From NCBI GenBank assembly GCA_963422365.1, contig OY729426.1, forward strand, positions 1,696,001 through 1,760,000: DNA of 64,000 nt, given 5' to 3'. This document shows positions 44,406-56,000 of the stretch, in pieces (the first letter of the stretch is position 1; every line of letters begins with the position of its first letter). The DNA comes from Nitrospirales bacterium (lineage in GTDB: Bacteria > Nitrospirota > Nitrospiria > Nitrospirales > UBA8639). Both the position numbers and the translations under genes were made by a program. The notes beneath the pieces are model-generated. The model made no database searches, had not been told where the DNA came from, and saw only the letters and a list, made by a program, of their open reading frames with translations.

Positions 44406-45242
44406 TTAGTAGGCCGGGGGGCGCGAAAGGGGGCGGCTGGTGACCAGTTCGACAACCCGCAGGTTATCAAAGGCAAAGGCTCCTCCCCCGGTGGTCATGA
44501 GTCCGATTTGTCCGGTTGAGAAGGTCGAATCAGAGACCGAGAGGAAGAATTGGTTGTCGAACGAAATCTCAAAAAAATCTTTGCTCACAATCGTATTTCT
44601 CTGGACACGCAGAAAATGCCACAGCGTTCTTTTCTTGGGCCGCACAGCCTGTGCTTTGATCAGCGTCGGGATCCCCTCGTCAAACCGATAGACCCTGACC
44701 ATATTGCTTGCCGGGGACACGAGCACAGCATAAAAATTCTTCACGTCCTGCAGCCCCAACACCAGCCCGGCGGCCGAGGTCGGGGTGCCGCGTTTCGAGA
44801 GAATGCCCACCGAGAGATCAAGATATTCCACACGCATCGTTTCATTGATGAGCAGGTGATAGCAGCTGGGATCTCCGCATGGGGTCGCTTGGCCCAGCGC
44901 GTGGGGCCGACTCGGGGCGGTTTCGTCTGTCAGCACGGTCCAGTCCCCAGGGTACCCGTGCCCCAACGTATGCGCGGCAAACCCGAGAGGGCGCACGGCC
45001 TCTCCGTTGGTTTCAAAGTCCCATTCGGCAACCAGGGGAGGGGTATGCCGTAAGACGGCTCGAGGCAGTTCCTTCAAGGGCTCGCCCTCTTCTGCAAACA
45101 GATTAGGCATCCCCGGGCACAGCACACACACAAGGGCTGCAAGGCCGAGGCAGAACGCACGAGCCAGCCTGCCGATCCGCCAAACGCATGCAAAGAAAGG
45201 GCGATGGGAAGCCCCAGGCTGCCAGCAATCTGTGTTCTCCAT
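44406..45242 (-). CDS. Secreted protein with a concanavalin-A-like beta-sandwich domain
   Basis: Hydrophobic N-terminal segment; AGLVLGLQD..NFYAV, WHFLRV, DSTFSTGQIGL...FDNL; start uncertain. Confidence 0.6.
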   Translation of the reverse strand: MENTDCWQPGASHRPFFACVWRIGRLARAFCLGLAALVCVLCPGMPNLFAEEGEPLKELPRAVLRHTPPLVAEWDFETNGEAVRPLGFAAHTLGHGYPGDWTVLTDETAPSRPHALGQATPCGDPSCYHLLINETMRVEYLDLSVGILSKRGTPTSAAGLVLGLQDVKNFYAVLVSPASNMVRVYRFDEGIPTLIKAQAVRPKKRTLWHFLRVQRNTIVSKDFFEISFDNQFFLSVSDSTFSTGQIGLMTTGGGAFAFDNLRVVELVTSRPLSRPPAY

Positions 45243-45760
45243 AAACGTCACTACCTGAGTCAAAACGTGCCCATGGGGTGCTGCCTGCAGCATACAAAAA
45301 ACTGTCTCCTGCTGCAAGGAGACAAAATGGTCCTTATCATCCAACCAGCAGAAGAGAATGGGCCTTGTGGCTGGCTTTTATTCCGCTCCTTGCCACGGGG
45401 GTATTTTATAGTCTCCCTGCTGACCTTCAGTGTAGCCGCACGAAAATAATTCGTGGATCTGCACGAAAATAATTGCGAGTGGGGGAGAAAAATCTTTGGG
45501 GTTGTGTTGGGGAATTGGCGGGGCAAGGGGCTGAGGTGAGGTTGCCGATGCGGACGCGCCCCGCTGCGTCGTACACTAAGATGTGAACGTCGGAGATTTC
45601 GATACACTCGCCGGAGGCCGCGAAGCGGACTATAATCGTGTAGCCCGACCCAGTAGCCTGTGGTGGCAGCGGGCAAGAAGTCCTGCCCGCTTGACCAATT
45701 ACCGTATGCCGCCAACCACGCTGTTAAAACATAGCCGTCAGCAGACCGACTGCTCATCGG

Positions 45761-46147
45761 TTATTTCAGCTTTTTGACGTGAGCTTTCAGGATCTCCGAA
45801 TTCTGAATGTCAGGATTGTCTGCGCCGAGGTCTTGCGCCTTTTTAAACTCTTTGGCGGCTTCCATGTGCTGATCCGACGCGTCCAAGGCAAGCGCGAGGT
45901 TGTAGTGCGCTTCCGCTGACGCCGAATCGGCTGCGACCGCCTTCGTAAAGTGCTCCACAGCCTTATCCCAATGCCCTTGGTTGTAATGCTTGATGCCTTC
46001 ACTGTTTGACGCATTGGCTTTGGAGTCAGCAGCTGTCATGAGCGCTGGGGAAGTATCGGCAACGGCCGTTCCGACTCCAAGGCCCACCATAGCAATACAT
46101 GCCATGAAAGAAGCACAAATAGTTAATCCCACGAACTGTTTCATCAC
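45761..46147 (-). CDS. Secreted small TPR protein
   Basis: Signal peptide; EGIKHYNQGHWDKAVEHF..A, AEAHYNLALAL. Confidence 0.8.
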   Translation of the reverse strand: MMKQFVGLTICASFMACIAMVGLGVGTAVADTSPALMTAADSKANASNSEGIKHYNQGHWDKAVEHFTKAVAADSASAEAHYNLALALDASDQHMEAAKEFKKAQDLGADNPDIQNSEILKAHVKKLK

Positions 46148-46236
46148 GTAACCTCCTTTTTAAAATGTAAATGAACGCACAACGTATCATCCACCACGCA
46201 GGTGTATCGCCCTGCACCCGAAGGGAAGAAAATGGC

Positions 46237-46983
46237 TTAGGTTGTCATCTTGAGCGAAGCGAAGGTTCTGCGTTTCCAGGCATTCGGTTGTTCATTGAGA
46301 GATTCCTCGCTTCGCTCGGAATGACTGATGTCGTTGGTTCTGTTCTTACCAATACCCGAATTGGAACGGACCATACAGTCCGTAATACGGTCTTCAGTAT
46401 AGGCCCTCATACGGGCCGGCGTACCAATAGGGGGTCCCCATACAAGGGAGGGCAGGAGCGCCCGTATCGGTACGTACGGAGGCTGCATGGCTTCGGGCCA
46501 CACTTTCAGGAATTTAATGGTGACCGTGGGATACGTATATTCCATTTCATCGAGCAACTCAGTCGTGGCTCCCGACACTTCCCCGACGATCGTGATTCGG
46601 GTGCCGTTTGGCACCGTAGCCGGATCCAAGAACTCGGTTTGAAACGCAAGAAAGCGGCCACGGGACTGTGAGAGGTCCATGGTCGGTGCGTGATTCCCGT
46701 CCGTGGGAAGCTGCAGGATGGTCAAGCGGGTGCGATCTTTGAGACGCGTGGCGTCCAAGACTTCACCGCTCAGGACAATGACTGTTCCCCGATGAGTCGT
46801 CGGCGCTTCTTTGACCTGGGCAAACGACGCCTTGGGGTCGATTTGCTTTTCGAGATCCAACGGGATAATGGCCGGCCCGGCACAGGCCGGAAGCAAGAAG
46901 CCCATTGCCGGAAGTACTCCACAACGGGCTGTGGACGATTTTCTCCGCATGAGAACGCATTCCGGAACAGAGTGCCTCATCAT
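46237..46983 (-). CDS. Slp-family outer membrane lipoprotein (3' end possibly degraded)
   Basis: LLPAC lipobox-like, GEVL, LTILQLP, GRFLA..EFLDPA...ITIVGEV, EYTYP; start uncertain. Confidence 0.7.
   Translation of the reverse strand: MMRHSVPECVLMRRKSSTARCGVLPAMGFLLPACAGPAIIPLDLEKQIDPKASFAQVKEAPTTHRGTVIVLSGEVLDATRLKDRTRLTILQLPTDGNHAPTMDLSQSRGRFLAFQTEFLDPATVPNGTRITIVGEVSGATTELLDEMEYTYPTVTIKFLKVWPEAMQPPYVPIRALLPSLVWGPPIGTPARMRAYTEDRITDCMVRSNSGIGKNRTNDISHSERSEESLNEQPNAWKRRTFASLKMTT
46244..46325. repeat. Palindromic miniature element
   Basis: GTCATCTTGAGCGAAGCGAAGG ... CCTCGCTTCGCTCGGAATGAC imperfect inverted termini. Confidence 0.6.
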
Positions 46984-47890
46984 GCTGTTTAGGGTACTAT
47001 CCATTTGTCCATTTCTCAAGCCCTGAAACAATGGAGACACTTCGGCTTTCTTGAAGTCTTGTGGGTGTGGCGCATGACAACGAGCTTTAACGCAAAACAA
47101 GGACTGAGTAAGGAGCCCACTCCGGAGCTCTCAGCCAACAAGCGGTATCCGTCTTGATGCCACACGCGATTTGACCAATGGGATCAGAAACGTCAGCGCA
47201 ATAACGATAAAGACGATGGTCGTACTCGTTGCTGCCGGAGAGGTCAAGTGCTCTCTGTGAGCCTCTACGTGAGCAAATGCTGCGAGGAGGAGGATGACAC
47301 CCGTCGCCCCCCGTAACCATTGGCCCATCAGGTCCGGTTTCGGAACTGCGACAGCGATACATCAAGCGAGGCTGAGGCTGAGCCAGAAGATTGCAGGCAG
47401 AGCTGTAGCAGATATCGCACCTGTAACATTGGCCAATAGGGTAAGGGAAAGTGCTGCAGGTGTTCCCCAAAGCACGCTTGCCCAGGCTGCTTCAAGACGC
47501 AGCACAGAGCCCCCTTCACGCCGTTTGAGAAGATAAACGGTGAATCCTGACGAAATAACATAAGCGAGCACCACACAAAAAGAGCATACACGATTTTGAC
47601 CGGAAGACCACCGAACGATCCGAAATGGACTCGATAGGTTGAGGCGACGGCTTATAATTTCCAATTCTCGAATGTGCAGGGGCCGGGACGGAGACTGTCG
47701 CTTGGGTATACGATGAAATGCTAAGGGACTGGACGGATGCGTTGCATGCGCCCTCGTCTCAGACGTGACAGCATCCAGTGCACCAAAGCATGACTGGCGA
47801 AAGAGCCCCGTTCGACTGTCAGCGTGTAAGCCATGGAAAGCCTTTTCATAAAATCGTGGCGGGTGCCAGAGAATGCAAATAATAGAGTAC

Positions 47891-48452
47891 CTAGGGCGTC
47901 AACGCATCCGGTTTGGTGGCAATACGCCGGTTTTTCTCACCGCATCCATCACGGTAACGAAAATGCCGGCAGCCGTGCATATTAACGCCTCGGCGACGCC
48001 GCTCGTGACGGCGTGCAGTTGACCAATCCTCTGAATGGCTATGACGCCGAAGGAATCGATCATGCTGGATGGTGCCTAATAATCCCCATAAGGGTGCAAG
48101 CGTGATGATGGTGTCCAAAAAGGGCAAGACCCCGTTTCATGTGACGGACTTCTACCATGCCGGCGGATTCCATGGCTTTCTCCGGCATGGAGGCGCGCGC
48201 GAGGATGCCTGTCGTCAAGACTCGCAGGACAGGATGAGTGTTGCCTTCGTTCAGCGACAAAGCGTCGGTGAATTTCCCTTGTGTGACGAGCTTGAGCATA
48301 TGATCGGCATGTTCGAGAGCCGGCAAGTGGTCAAAATACCATCCTCGCTCCAGAGTGATGGTAACAGCCACTAGAGAACAGACGAGAATGGGAATGATCA
48401 GCCATCCGTCGGCTATGAGAATTTCGACAAACGCCAGTGATGTTTCAATCAT
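47891..48452 (-). pseudogene. MotA/TolQ/ExbB proton channel pseudogene
   Basis: GWLIIPILVCSLVAVTITLER and, in another frame, LDTIITLAPLWGLLGTI. Confidence 0.75.
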
Positions 48453-48490
48453 GAGAATGGTGAAAGATGATTATCCTTGTTTTTGTTTTG

Positions 48491-49250
48491 TTAACCTAAA
48501 GTTGATGGGGATTCGCACGATGCTGCGAATCGGGATGTTGCCGTCTTTTTCAGGGTGAAAGGTCCATCGCGTGACCGCGTCAATCGTGCCTTCTCCAAAA
48601 CTCGATGCCCGCTGCTCCGTGGCACGGTGATCTCGTTCGGTCTGCCGTTAGGCTCAACCTCCATGCGAATGAGCACCTTTCCTTCCCATTCTCCTTTTTT
48701 GGCAATTCCCGGATAGATCGGGGGCATGGTTCGTTCCAGAACCACGCGTGTCTTTAAAGGCCCTTCGGACGTCGGGACTGACCGTAATGTTTTGCCGTGG
48801 CGTCTGAAGCGACACGCGACGGGGAAGGCAACGGCGAGACTTTGGTCGAGATTCCCCTTAAGGCAGGGATGGTCATCGATGGATTGTGAATGTTGGTTGT
48901 GGTTCGTGTCGGGGGGAAGGCACTGCGGGCTACTTTCGCGAACTTTTCAGTCTTAAGGCGTCGCCGGTACGCTCATCTTGAAGGATTCGTCGTTTCAACG
49001 GTGAAGGGGATTGGCGGGGTGACGATTGGGGAATGACCTTGGCTGGCTGGGTCGGTTCAGTAGGAACACGAAGTCTCGGCGATGTCGCCGACATGGAGCA
49101 AGACGGACCACGTCCCGAATCGCAGAAAAGACGGTTCAGGATAGGGCATGATGAAGGAGGCGCTGGGAGTCATGAACCGGTTTTCTTGAGCAAGTTTCAG
49201 ACCCGTTCGTCTTTCCCGCCGAGCTCGACGTATTTACGGTATTGGGCGAG
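48491..49250 (-). pseudogene. TonB-family energy transducer pseudogene
   Basis: PPIYPGIAKKGEWEGKVLIRMEVEPNGRP......SSGHRVL, frameshifted; Pro-rich upstream fragments; 5' limit approximate. Confidence 0.6.
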
Positions 49251-49804
49251 GGCGCGAGCTGTCTCTTTGCGATAAAACTCATAAAATACCCCTAGTGTTC
49301 GGGATTTGGGGAAAATGAGCTACGGCGTGGCATGGCGCAACCAGGAGGGCCACGTCATCGTGGACGGCACGTTCGTGCCCTTGCAGGTCCACGTCCTGGG
49401 CAGCGGAACAGGCGAGATCGGGGTGGATGTCCAGGGTCTGCACGCACCCCTGCTCTTCGCTCAACCCCCAGCCGGGCACTGGGTCGCCCAAACACTGAAC
49501 GGCCGGGCACGACACCCCGCCTTGCAAACGTCTTCCGGCGCCCCGCAGTGGGGCATCAACGCCGTCCCCCCGCATGACACGACCCGGTGGGTGGACGTGA
49601 CGCACACCGCCTCCTATAACTCCACCCCACCATTATTTTCGTTGATTCACACCAGCAGGTATTCGTGTTGGCAAGAACGAACACAGATCAAAGCTTACAA
49701 ACTTAGGGCACTCACGCAGAGTGGCTCAAGTGTACGCCGCGCCTGCCAGCGCAGATCGACACGCAGCCTTCCTCATTCGTGTTGTGCTTGATTCGGTCGG
49801 CCCT

Positions 49805-50785
49805 CTAGTCGAGGGACATGAGGGCGGGATTCCAGACTGGCTTGAATAACGTGAACACGGCGGCCCTGTCTTGATCGACCGTGATCTCTACGGCGTGCAT
49901 GTCTTCCCCGCCGTACACCTCCACGGCGGTCAGATTGCCTGCCGAACGGGGAAAGGGTTGAAAAATCCGAAACTCGTGACTGTCCCCGAAAAGCAGAAGG
50001 ACCGGTTTCCGAAATGATTTTGCCTTGATGATAAGGGTTTCGCCGAACCCCTTGAACCCTGAGGCGCGGGAAAAGGTTTCCTGCTCCGGGTCGAATCCGT
50101 CTTCGAACATGTCGGCGTGAATGGCAACCACCACGGCCTCGGCGTTCGTTGCTGTGGCCTTGTCAAATGAGTCAGCAAGCCAGACTTGGTTCGCCTGGTC
50201 ACGGGCGAAGAATTCCTGAGCCGCATTTGAATCCCGAACATCGAGCTTCGTATTGAGATTGTTGTTCGAGCCGACCACGTGCGCGGTCATAAACCACACG
50301 TCGCCGCGGCTGAACCTGCTGTTCTCAACGAATTGCTCGAAGCCGCGCATGACGTCCGCCTGGCGCTCGATGCGAATCGGATGCCTGCCGAGACTCTCGT
50401 CCGTCTGAAAATAGTGCGCACGGATAAATTGCAGTCGGTCGAGCGGGTCAAACCCTCCGGCCTGCGGGCGGTGACAATCGTTCCACTCGTTGTCTCCCGG
50501 GGTGTAGATGACGGCGGACGCGAACCTGTTCATGAACTCCCGCTGATCGAGCAGCCTCTGGTCGGAGCACGGGGTCCAGCCCGATTTGGTATCGCCGACA
50601 TGGATGGTTAAGACGGGAGATCTGCGGTTGATCTCCGCGATCAACGCCTTGAACGTGCCGTAGGCCTGTTCCGGGAAGCCATAGGGCATATCGCCCAAGG
50701 CCACAAACGTGAACTCTGCGGCTGCGGCGGCCGTTGATACGACGAACCACGCACCGACGAGGGCCATTGCAAGTCGGCTGTTCAT
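49805..50785 (-). CDS. Secreted calcineurin-like metallophosphoesterase
   Basis: Signal peptide; GDMPY, IHVGD, TPGDNEW, GDSH (preceded by F rather than the usual H); ATG overlaps the upstream stop. Confidence 0.8.
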   Translation of the reverse strand: MNSRLAMALVGAWFVVSTAAAAAEFTFVALGDMPYGFPEQAYGTFKALIAEINRRSPVLTIHVGDTKSGWTPCSDQRLLDQREFMNRFASAVIYTPGDNEWNDCHRPQAGGFDPLDRLQFIRAHYFQTDESLGRHPIRIERQADVMRGFEQFVENSRFSRGDVWFMTAHVVGSNNNLNTKLDVRDSNAAQEFFARDQANQVWLADSFDKATATNAEAVVVAIHADMFEDGFDPEQETFSRASGFKGFGETLIIKAKSFRKPVLLLFGDSHEFRIFQPFPRSAGNLTAVEVYGGEDMHAVEITVDQDRAAVFTLFKPVWNPALMSLD

Positions 50786-51114
50786 TGACCGTGGTCGACC
50801 GATCGGGGAAGGCGCCCCACTTCCAGCAGCAACGCGCCCAACTGTTTGACCCGTTCGAAATAGCCCAGTGGCTCTTCGCTTAATTCCGGAAGCACGGCCT
50901 CCAAATCGGACAGGCAATCTTCAAGAATCGTCACGCGTTGCGGATCGAGGTGGTGCTCGTCGAAGAAATAGGTGACACACCCACTGACCACCGTATCCAG
51001 AGTCATGAGTTCGCCTTCACAAGGCCCCACTGAACCGGGCCATTCCGCCGCTTGGTGCCTCTCCCACAACCGGGTCAGGTCCTGGCTGTTTTCTGGGGTC
51101 ATGGCTTCAGCCAT
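50782..51114 (-). CDS. Hypothetical protein
   Basis: 110-aa ORF in an overlapping operon-like chain. Confidence 0.6.
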   Translation of the reverse strand: MAEAMTPENSQDLTRLWERHQAAEWPGSVGPCEGELMTLDTVVSGCVTYFFDEHHLDPQRVTILEDCLSDLEAVLPELSEEPLGYFERVKQLGALLLEVGRLPRSVDHGQ

Positions 51115-51535
51115 AGAGAATGAGATCCGCGGCTAAGCAGACCGCGAAGGCCAGATTCACCATTCCGCCGAACCGATGCAGCCACACCGGCCAATTGTTG
51201 ACTCGTTGCAGCATCCAATCTCGACACGACACTGGGGCCCCAAGCAAAAGACAGGCTTTGGCCACGGCGATCCCGCCACACGCCACCCACAACCAAAATC
51301 CTTTGAGATCCACCGTGCCAATCATCAGGAGCAACCCCATCAGCAGCATCACTTGTGCAATCCAAAATCGCCACCAGGGCTCCAGGAAAAATCGTTTGGC
51401 ACAGGCGAGCCCCATCGTGGGCACAATGGTCATCATCAACCCAGCCAACCCCCAAACCAAACTTGTCAACCCCATGATGATGCTTGCGAACACCCCTTCA
51501 ACACCTTTTCTTGACGATGGCTCAAATCCATCCAA
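51107..51535 (-). CDS. Hypothetical membrane protein
   Basis: Four hydrophobic segments; resembles the neighbouring gene. Confidence 0.65.
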   Translation of the reverse strand: MDGFEPSSRKGVEGVFASIIMGLTSLVWGLAGLMMTIVPTMGLACAKRFFLEPWWRFWIAQVMLLMGLLLMIGTVDLKGFWLWVACGGIAVAKACLLLGAPVSCRDWMLQRVNNWPVWLHRFGGMVNLAFAVCLAADLILYG

Positions 51536-51899
51536 CGCTATGGATCAACAAAATCGAGAGCGTACACAACCCCAGGCCCCAAAAACGATAATCCACCGCC
51601 TGTCGGCTCAAGCACCAATTCAACGCGGAATGGCGCGTTTCGTCATCTGACAACAGAAAAAACCCTGCCTTCGCCACCATGGCGACCCCCGTGATCATCC
51701 ATACTCCTGAGTAGGTCAGATCAGTCGCTTGCAGAAGCAGGATCATGCCCGCCACCATGCTCACCCCCGACCATTTCATAAGTGAAGGGGAGGTCAAGAG
51801 GGCTTGTTTGATCTGCCCAACGATCCACAGAGGTGCCACCAATAAGGCCAAACCATCAGCCATCCATAACCCTGCAATGGCCATCAGGAGGTAGGGCAT
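51522..51899 (-). CDS. Hypothetical membrane protein
   Basis: Four hydrophobic segments; DGLALLVAP. Confidence 0.65.
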   Translation of the reverse strand: MPYLLMAIAGLWMADGLALLVAPLWIVGQIKQALLTSPSLMKWSGVSMVAGMILLLQATDLTYSGVWMITGVAMVAKAGFFLLSDDETRHSALNWCLSRQAVDYRFWGLGLCTLSILLIHSVGWI

Positions 51900-52080
51900 T
51901 GCTTTGACCTATCCGTCTTTTCTGTATCAGGATGGTGTAAGAGAAAACGTCACGGCAAGACTGGCATTCACCAGGTTTCAGTGTCAAGCGAGGCGCTTGC
52001 TTCACCAATGTCCCTCTGCGTATGCTGCGCAAGCGATTATCATGTGCCTGTCTTCGTTCTTGCCGCCCTGAGCATGCCAT

Positions 52081-52578
52081 ATGACCGAGCTAGCCCAACA
52101 GACGGCAAAAGCCCTCGTTCAACTTATCCCCCCGTCCGTCGCACCCGATTTCCTCGAGGAATACGGATTGGTCCTGACCACCCAGCAGGCTCAAGCCATC
52201 ACCAAAGCGCTACTTGCACTGACCATGTATTGGATGACCTGTGCCGTTCGCGTGAGTATCCCGGAACCCGTCTGCGGCCAGATGCACCGAGCTATTCGTG
52301 AGCACGTTCGTGAAAAATGGGGCAGCAGATTCGGACTGGTCCACGTCCCCATCGATCAGTTTTTTGCCGTGATGGAACGCACGCATCAGACGTGGGAGCA
52401 GGTGACCCGACAAGGCGGGGAACCCATTGCGGTCTTGAGTGACGCGGCACGGGGGCTCGAGGATGACAACGTGATTGCCTCCCAGGATCGACAAAAAATC
52501 TTGGCGGTGTTTCTTGACTTGGTGCCTATCGAAGAAATAGGGGAGCTCATCGCTGAACTGGAGGAAACCCTGAGATAG
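52081..52578 (+). CDS. Hypothetical protein
   Basis: 165-aa ORF with protein-like composition, divergent from the preceding operon. Confidence 0.6.
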   Translation: MTELAQQTAKALVQLIPPSVAPDFLEEYGLVLTTQQAQAITKALLALTMYWMTCAVRVSIPEPVCGQMHRAIREHVREKWGSRFGLVHVPIDQFFAVMERTHQTWEQVTRQGGEPIAVLSDAARGLEDDNVIASQDRQKILAVFLDLVPIEEIGELIAELEETLR

Positions 52579-53052
52579 GGTTGGTTACACATTAGAGCAT
52601 AACCGAATTCTCTAACAATACACATTCTTGCAACACCCGTTTTGCCAGGTTGGCTTGACATTTCCTGTCATTCACACGAAACAGGCTGTGTGAAAACTCC
52701 TGAAGCTGTAGCCGGAGGGCCGCGCATCGTATGCGTCCGGGACAGGCGTCATCTAACGGCTTTTGAACAAGGCAACCAGTTTTCATACAGCCTGGAAAGC
52801 GGGGGCATCCGGAGCGGGGGTACTGCCTGTTTCCCAAGGCGGTGGATTCCGGCGGAAAATATCATTTACGCCGGAATGACGAAATGAAGATTCAGAATAC
52901 CAACACAACCTAGTACAATAGGTACGCCGAATGGTAAAAAGCCATAAAATGGGACGTGCAAGACATAGAATCAACGAGTTACGCAAATCCGACACTCCGA
53001 CAGCCTGAAGCACTCAAGAGATTACCCACCAACGAATGCACAACGGATCAGC

Positions 53053-56000
53053 ATGGCGACAAAATTCTTCACCAATGACGGCGAGAATACGTTATTGGAA
53101 AAGTTCAGGGGGGTGTTTCGGCATAATCCGCATATCGCCGAATTTGATGCCCTGGTCGGTTATTTTTACTCCACAGGATATTTTCACCTGCGCCCGCATC
53201 TGCAAGACATAGGGCAAATGCGGGTGCTGGTGGGCATCGACGTGGACACAATTACCGCCCAGGCACAAGGGCGGGGATTAGCCTTGTTGTCCGGAGCGAC
53301 GCAAGAGCAGGCCAGCCGGGATTACACACGGCAGTTTCAGGAAGAAATAGATGGCGCCCGGTATGACCGGCAAACCGAGCGCAGCATTGAGCAGTTTGTG
53401 CAGGACATTGCCGATGGGAAAATTGCAATCAGGGCGCATCCCGCACGCAAGCTGCACGCCAAGATCTATATCTTCCGCCCGCAAGCGTTCAATGAACACA
53501 GCGGCGGCGAGGTGATTAGCGGCTCGTCCAACCTGACCGCGGCCGGGCTAGGCGCGGATGGCGACACTGCCAACTATGAATTCAATGTGTCGTTGCGCGA
53601 CTATGACGACATTCAATTCGCCACCAACGAGTTTGAAAAATTGTGGCATGAGTCGGTTGCGATCTTGCCCGAGGCCGTGATGGATGCCAGAAATAAGACC
53701 TACCTGCGCGGCGATTTCACGCCGTTTGAGCTCTATATCAAGCTGCTGGTTGAATACTTTGGCAGGGAAGTTGAGTTTGACCCGAACAGCATCACCGACG
53801 TACCCGACGGCTTCAAGCGCCTGAATTATCAGCTGGATGCGGTGGAGCAGGGGTACATCCTGCTGCAAAATCATCACGGCTTTTTTCTCTCCGATGTGGT
53901 GGGTCTCGGCAAAACGGTGGTGGCCACGCTGATTGCCAGAAAACACTTTTTCCTCAACAAATATCCCGAATACCGCTCGCATACGCTGATCGTCTGCCCG
54001 CCGGCGGTGTGCGCGAACTGGCGGGAAACCGTTGATCAATTTCAGCTTGACAATGTGGATCTGATGACCACCGGCAGCCTGCACACAATCACAGACCCGA
54101 AAAAATATGACCTGATCATCGTGGACGAGGCGCACAAGTTCCGAAACGACACCTCTACAAGTTATGCCGAATTGCAACGCATCTGCAAAACCCCGTGTCG
54201 CAATGACGGCAGAAAGCGGGTTATTCTGGTGTCTGCCACGCCGCTCAACAACCGCCCGGAGGATATACGCAATCAACTGCTGCTGTTTCAGGACGCCAGT
54301 GACAGTACGCTGGATATCAACATCGCCCGTTTTTTCAGCCGGGCGTCAAGGGAGTATAAGGACCTGATTAAACCCTCCGCGCCGGCTGACGCTGTCGAAC
54401 GGCTGGAATCGCTTTACGCCGGCATCCGGCGCAAAATAATTGAACCCCTGACCGTGCGGCGCACTCGTACCGACCTGTTGCGGCATCCGCTTTATGCCGA
54501 TGACCTGCAATGCCAGGGCATTGTATTTCCCAAAGTCGAGCCGCCGGCAAATCTGCTTTACCAGCTTGAGCCCGAGCTCAATGACACCTACCAGCACTCT
54601 TTTGACCTTATCCGGAACCAACACGGCAACGGCCTGCAATATATGCGCTACCGCCTGATCGAATATCTCAAGCCTGAGCATAAGCAGGACTATCAGCGCC
54701 CGGAATTTATTGCTGAACGCCTGGCGGCCATTATGAAAACCCTGCTGATCAAGCGGCTGGACAGCAGTTTTTATGCCTTTCACCAGTCGTTGAAGCGCTT
54801 TGTGCACGCTTCCCGGCAGATACTGGACATGATGGACAACAACCGCGTCTACCTTGCGCCCAAACAGCAAATTGACCAGTATCTGGAAGAAGACCGTGAG
54901 GAGGAATTACTGGAAAAACTGGTGCAGGAGCAACTCACCGACCCGAGCATCAAGGTACTCACCCGCGACGACTTTGAACCAGGGTTGTTTGCGCTGCTGC
55001 AGCAGGATCATGCGCTGTTGCAGCAGATGGAGGCCCAATGGCGGAAAGTTGTTGACCAAAAAGCCGACCCCAAACTTGAACTGCTGCTGGCCGAGTTGCC
55101 GAAGCGACTGTTGAACGCAGAGCATAACCCGGAGCGCAAACTGGTTATTTTCTCCGAATCCGCCGACACCACCGGCTATCTGTACGGGAAGCTCAGAGAC
55201 CAATACCGGGTTCTATCTATCGATTCGCACAACCGCGCCCTGCAGCAAGACATCATCCGGCAGAACTTCGACGCCAATCTGCCGCTTAAAGAGCAAAAGT
55301 CCGACTGCGATATCCTGATCGCCACCGAATCCCTGGCCGAAGGCGTCAACCTGCACCGCGCCAACACCATCGTCAACTACGACACCCCCTGGAACGCCAC
55401 CCGCCTGATGCAGCGTATCGGCCGCCTCAACCGTATCGGCAGCCCCGCCGGCGCCATTTATATCTATAACTTCTTGCCGACCGAGCAGGTGGAAGACGAC
55501 ATCGGGCTGAAGCGCCGTGCCCAGGTCAAGCTGCAAGCCTTCCACACCGCGCTCGGCGAGGATTCACAAATTTATTCCGTGGATGAAAAAGTGGAGACCT
55601 TTGGCCTGTTTGATAGAAACATCACCGAACCAGAAGAAGTCAGTGGACGGCTGGCGTACCTGATGGAAATCCGTGCGTTCAGGGAAAAGCATCCCGACGA
55701 ATTCAGACGCATCAAAAACCTGCCGCTGAAAATCCGCAATGCCGTCGCCGATCCTGAGCGCAGCGGCGCAACCCTGTGCTTTTTGCGCAACTCAAAACAC
55801 AACGCCTTTTATCAGGTAGACCACGACAATCAGGTAACCGACTTGGGCTTTCTGGAAGTTGCGCCGATTTTCAAAAGCCACCACAACGCTGCACTGATAA
55901 AGCCCCTGCCGGATGCGCATTACAATCAGGTGCAACGCGCCCTGGCGTATTTTATGGAACAGGTGCAAGATAAAATCATCAAAGAACAGCAGGCGCCGGA

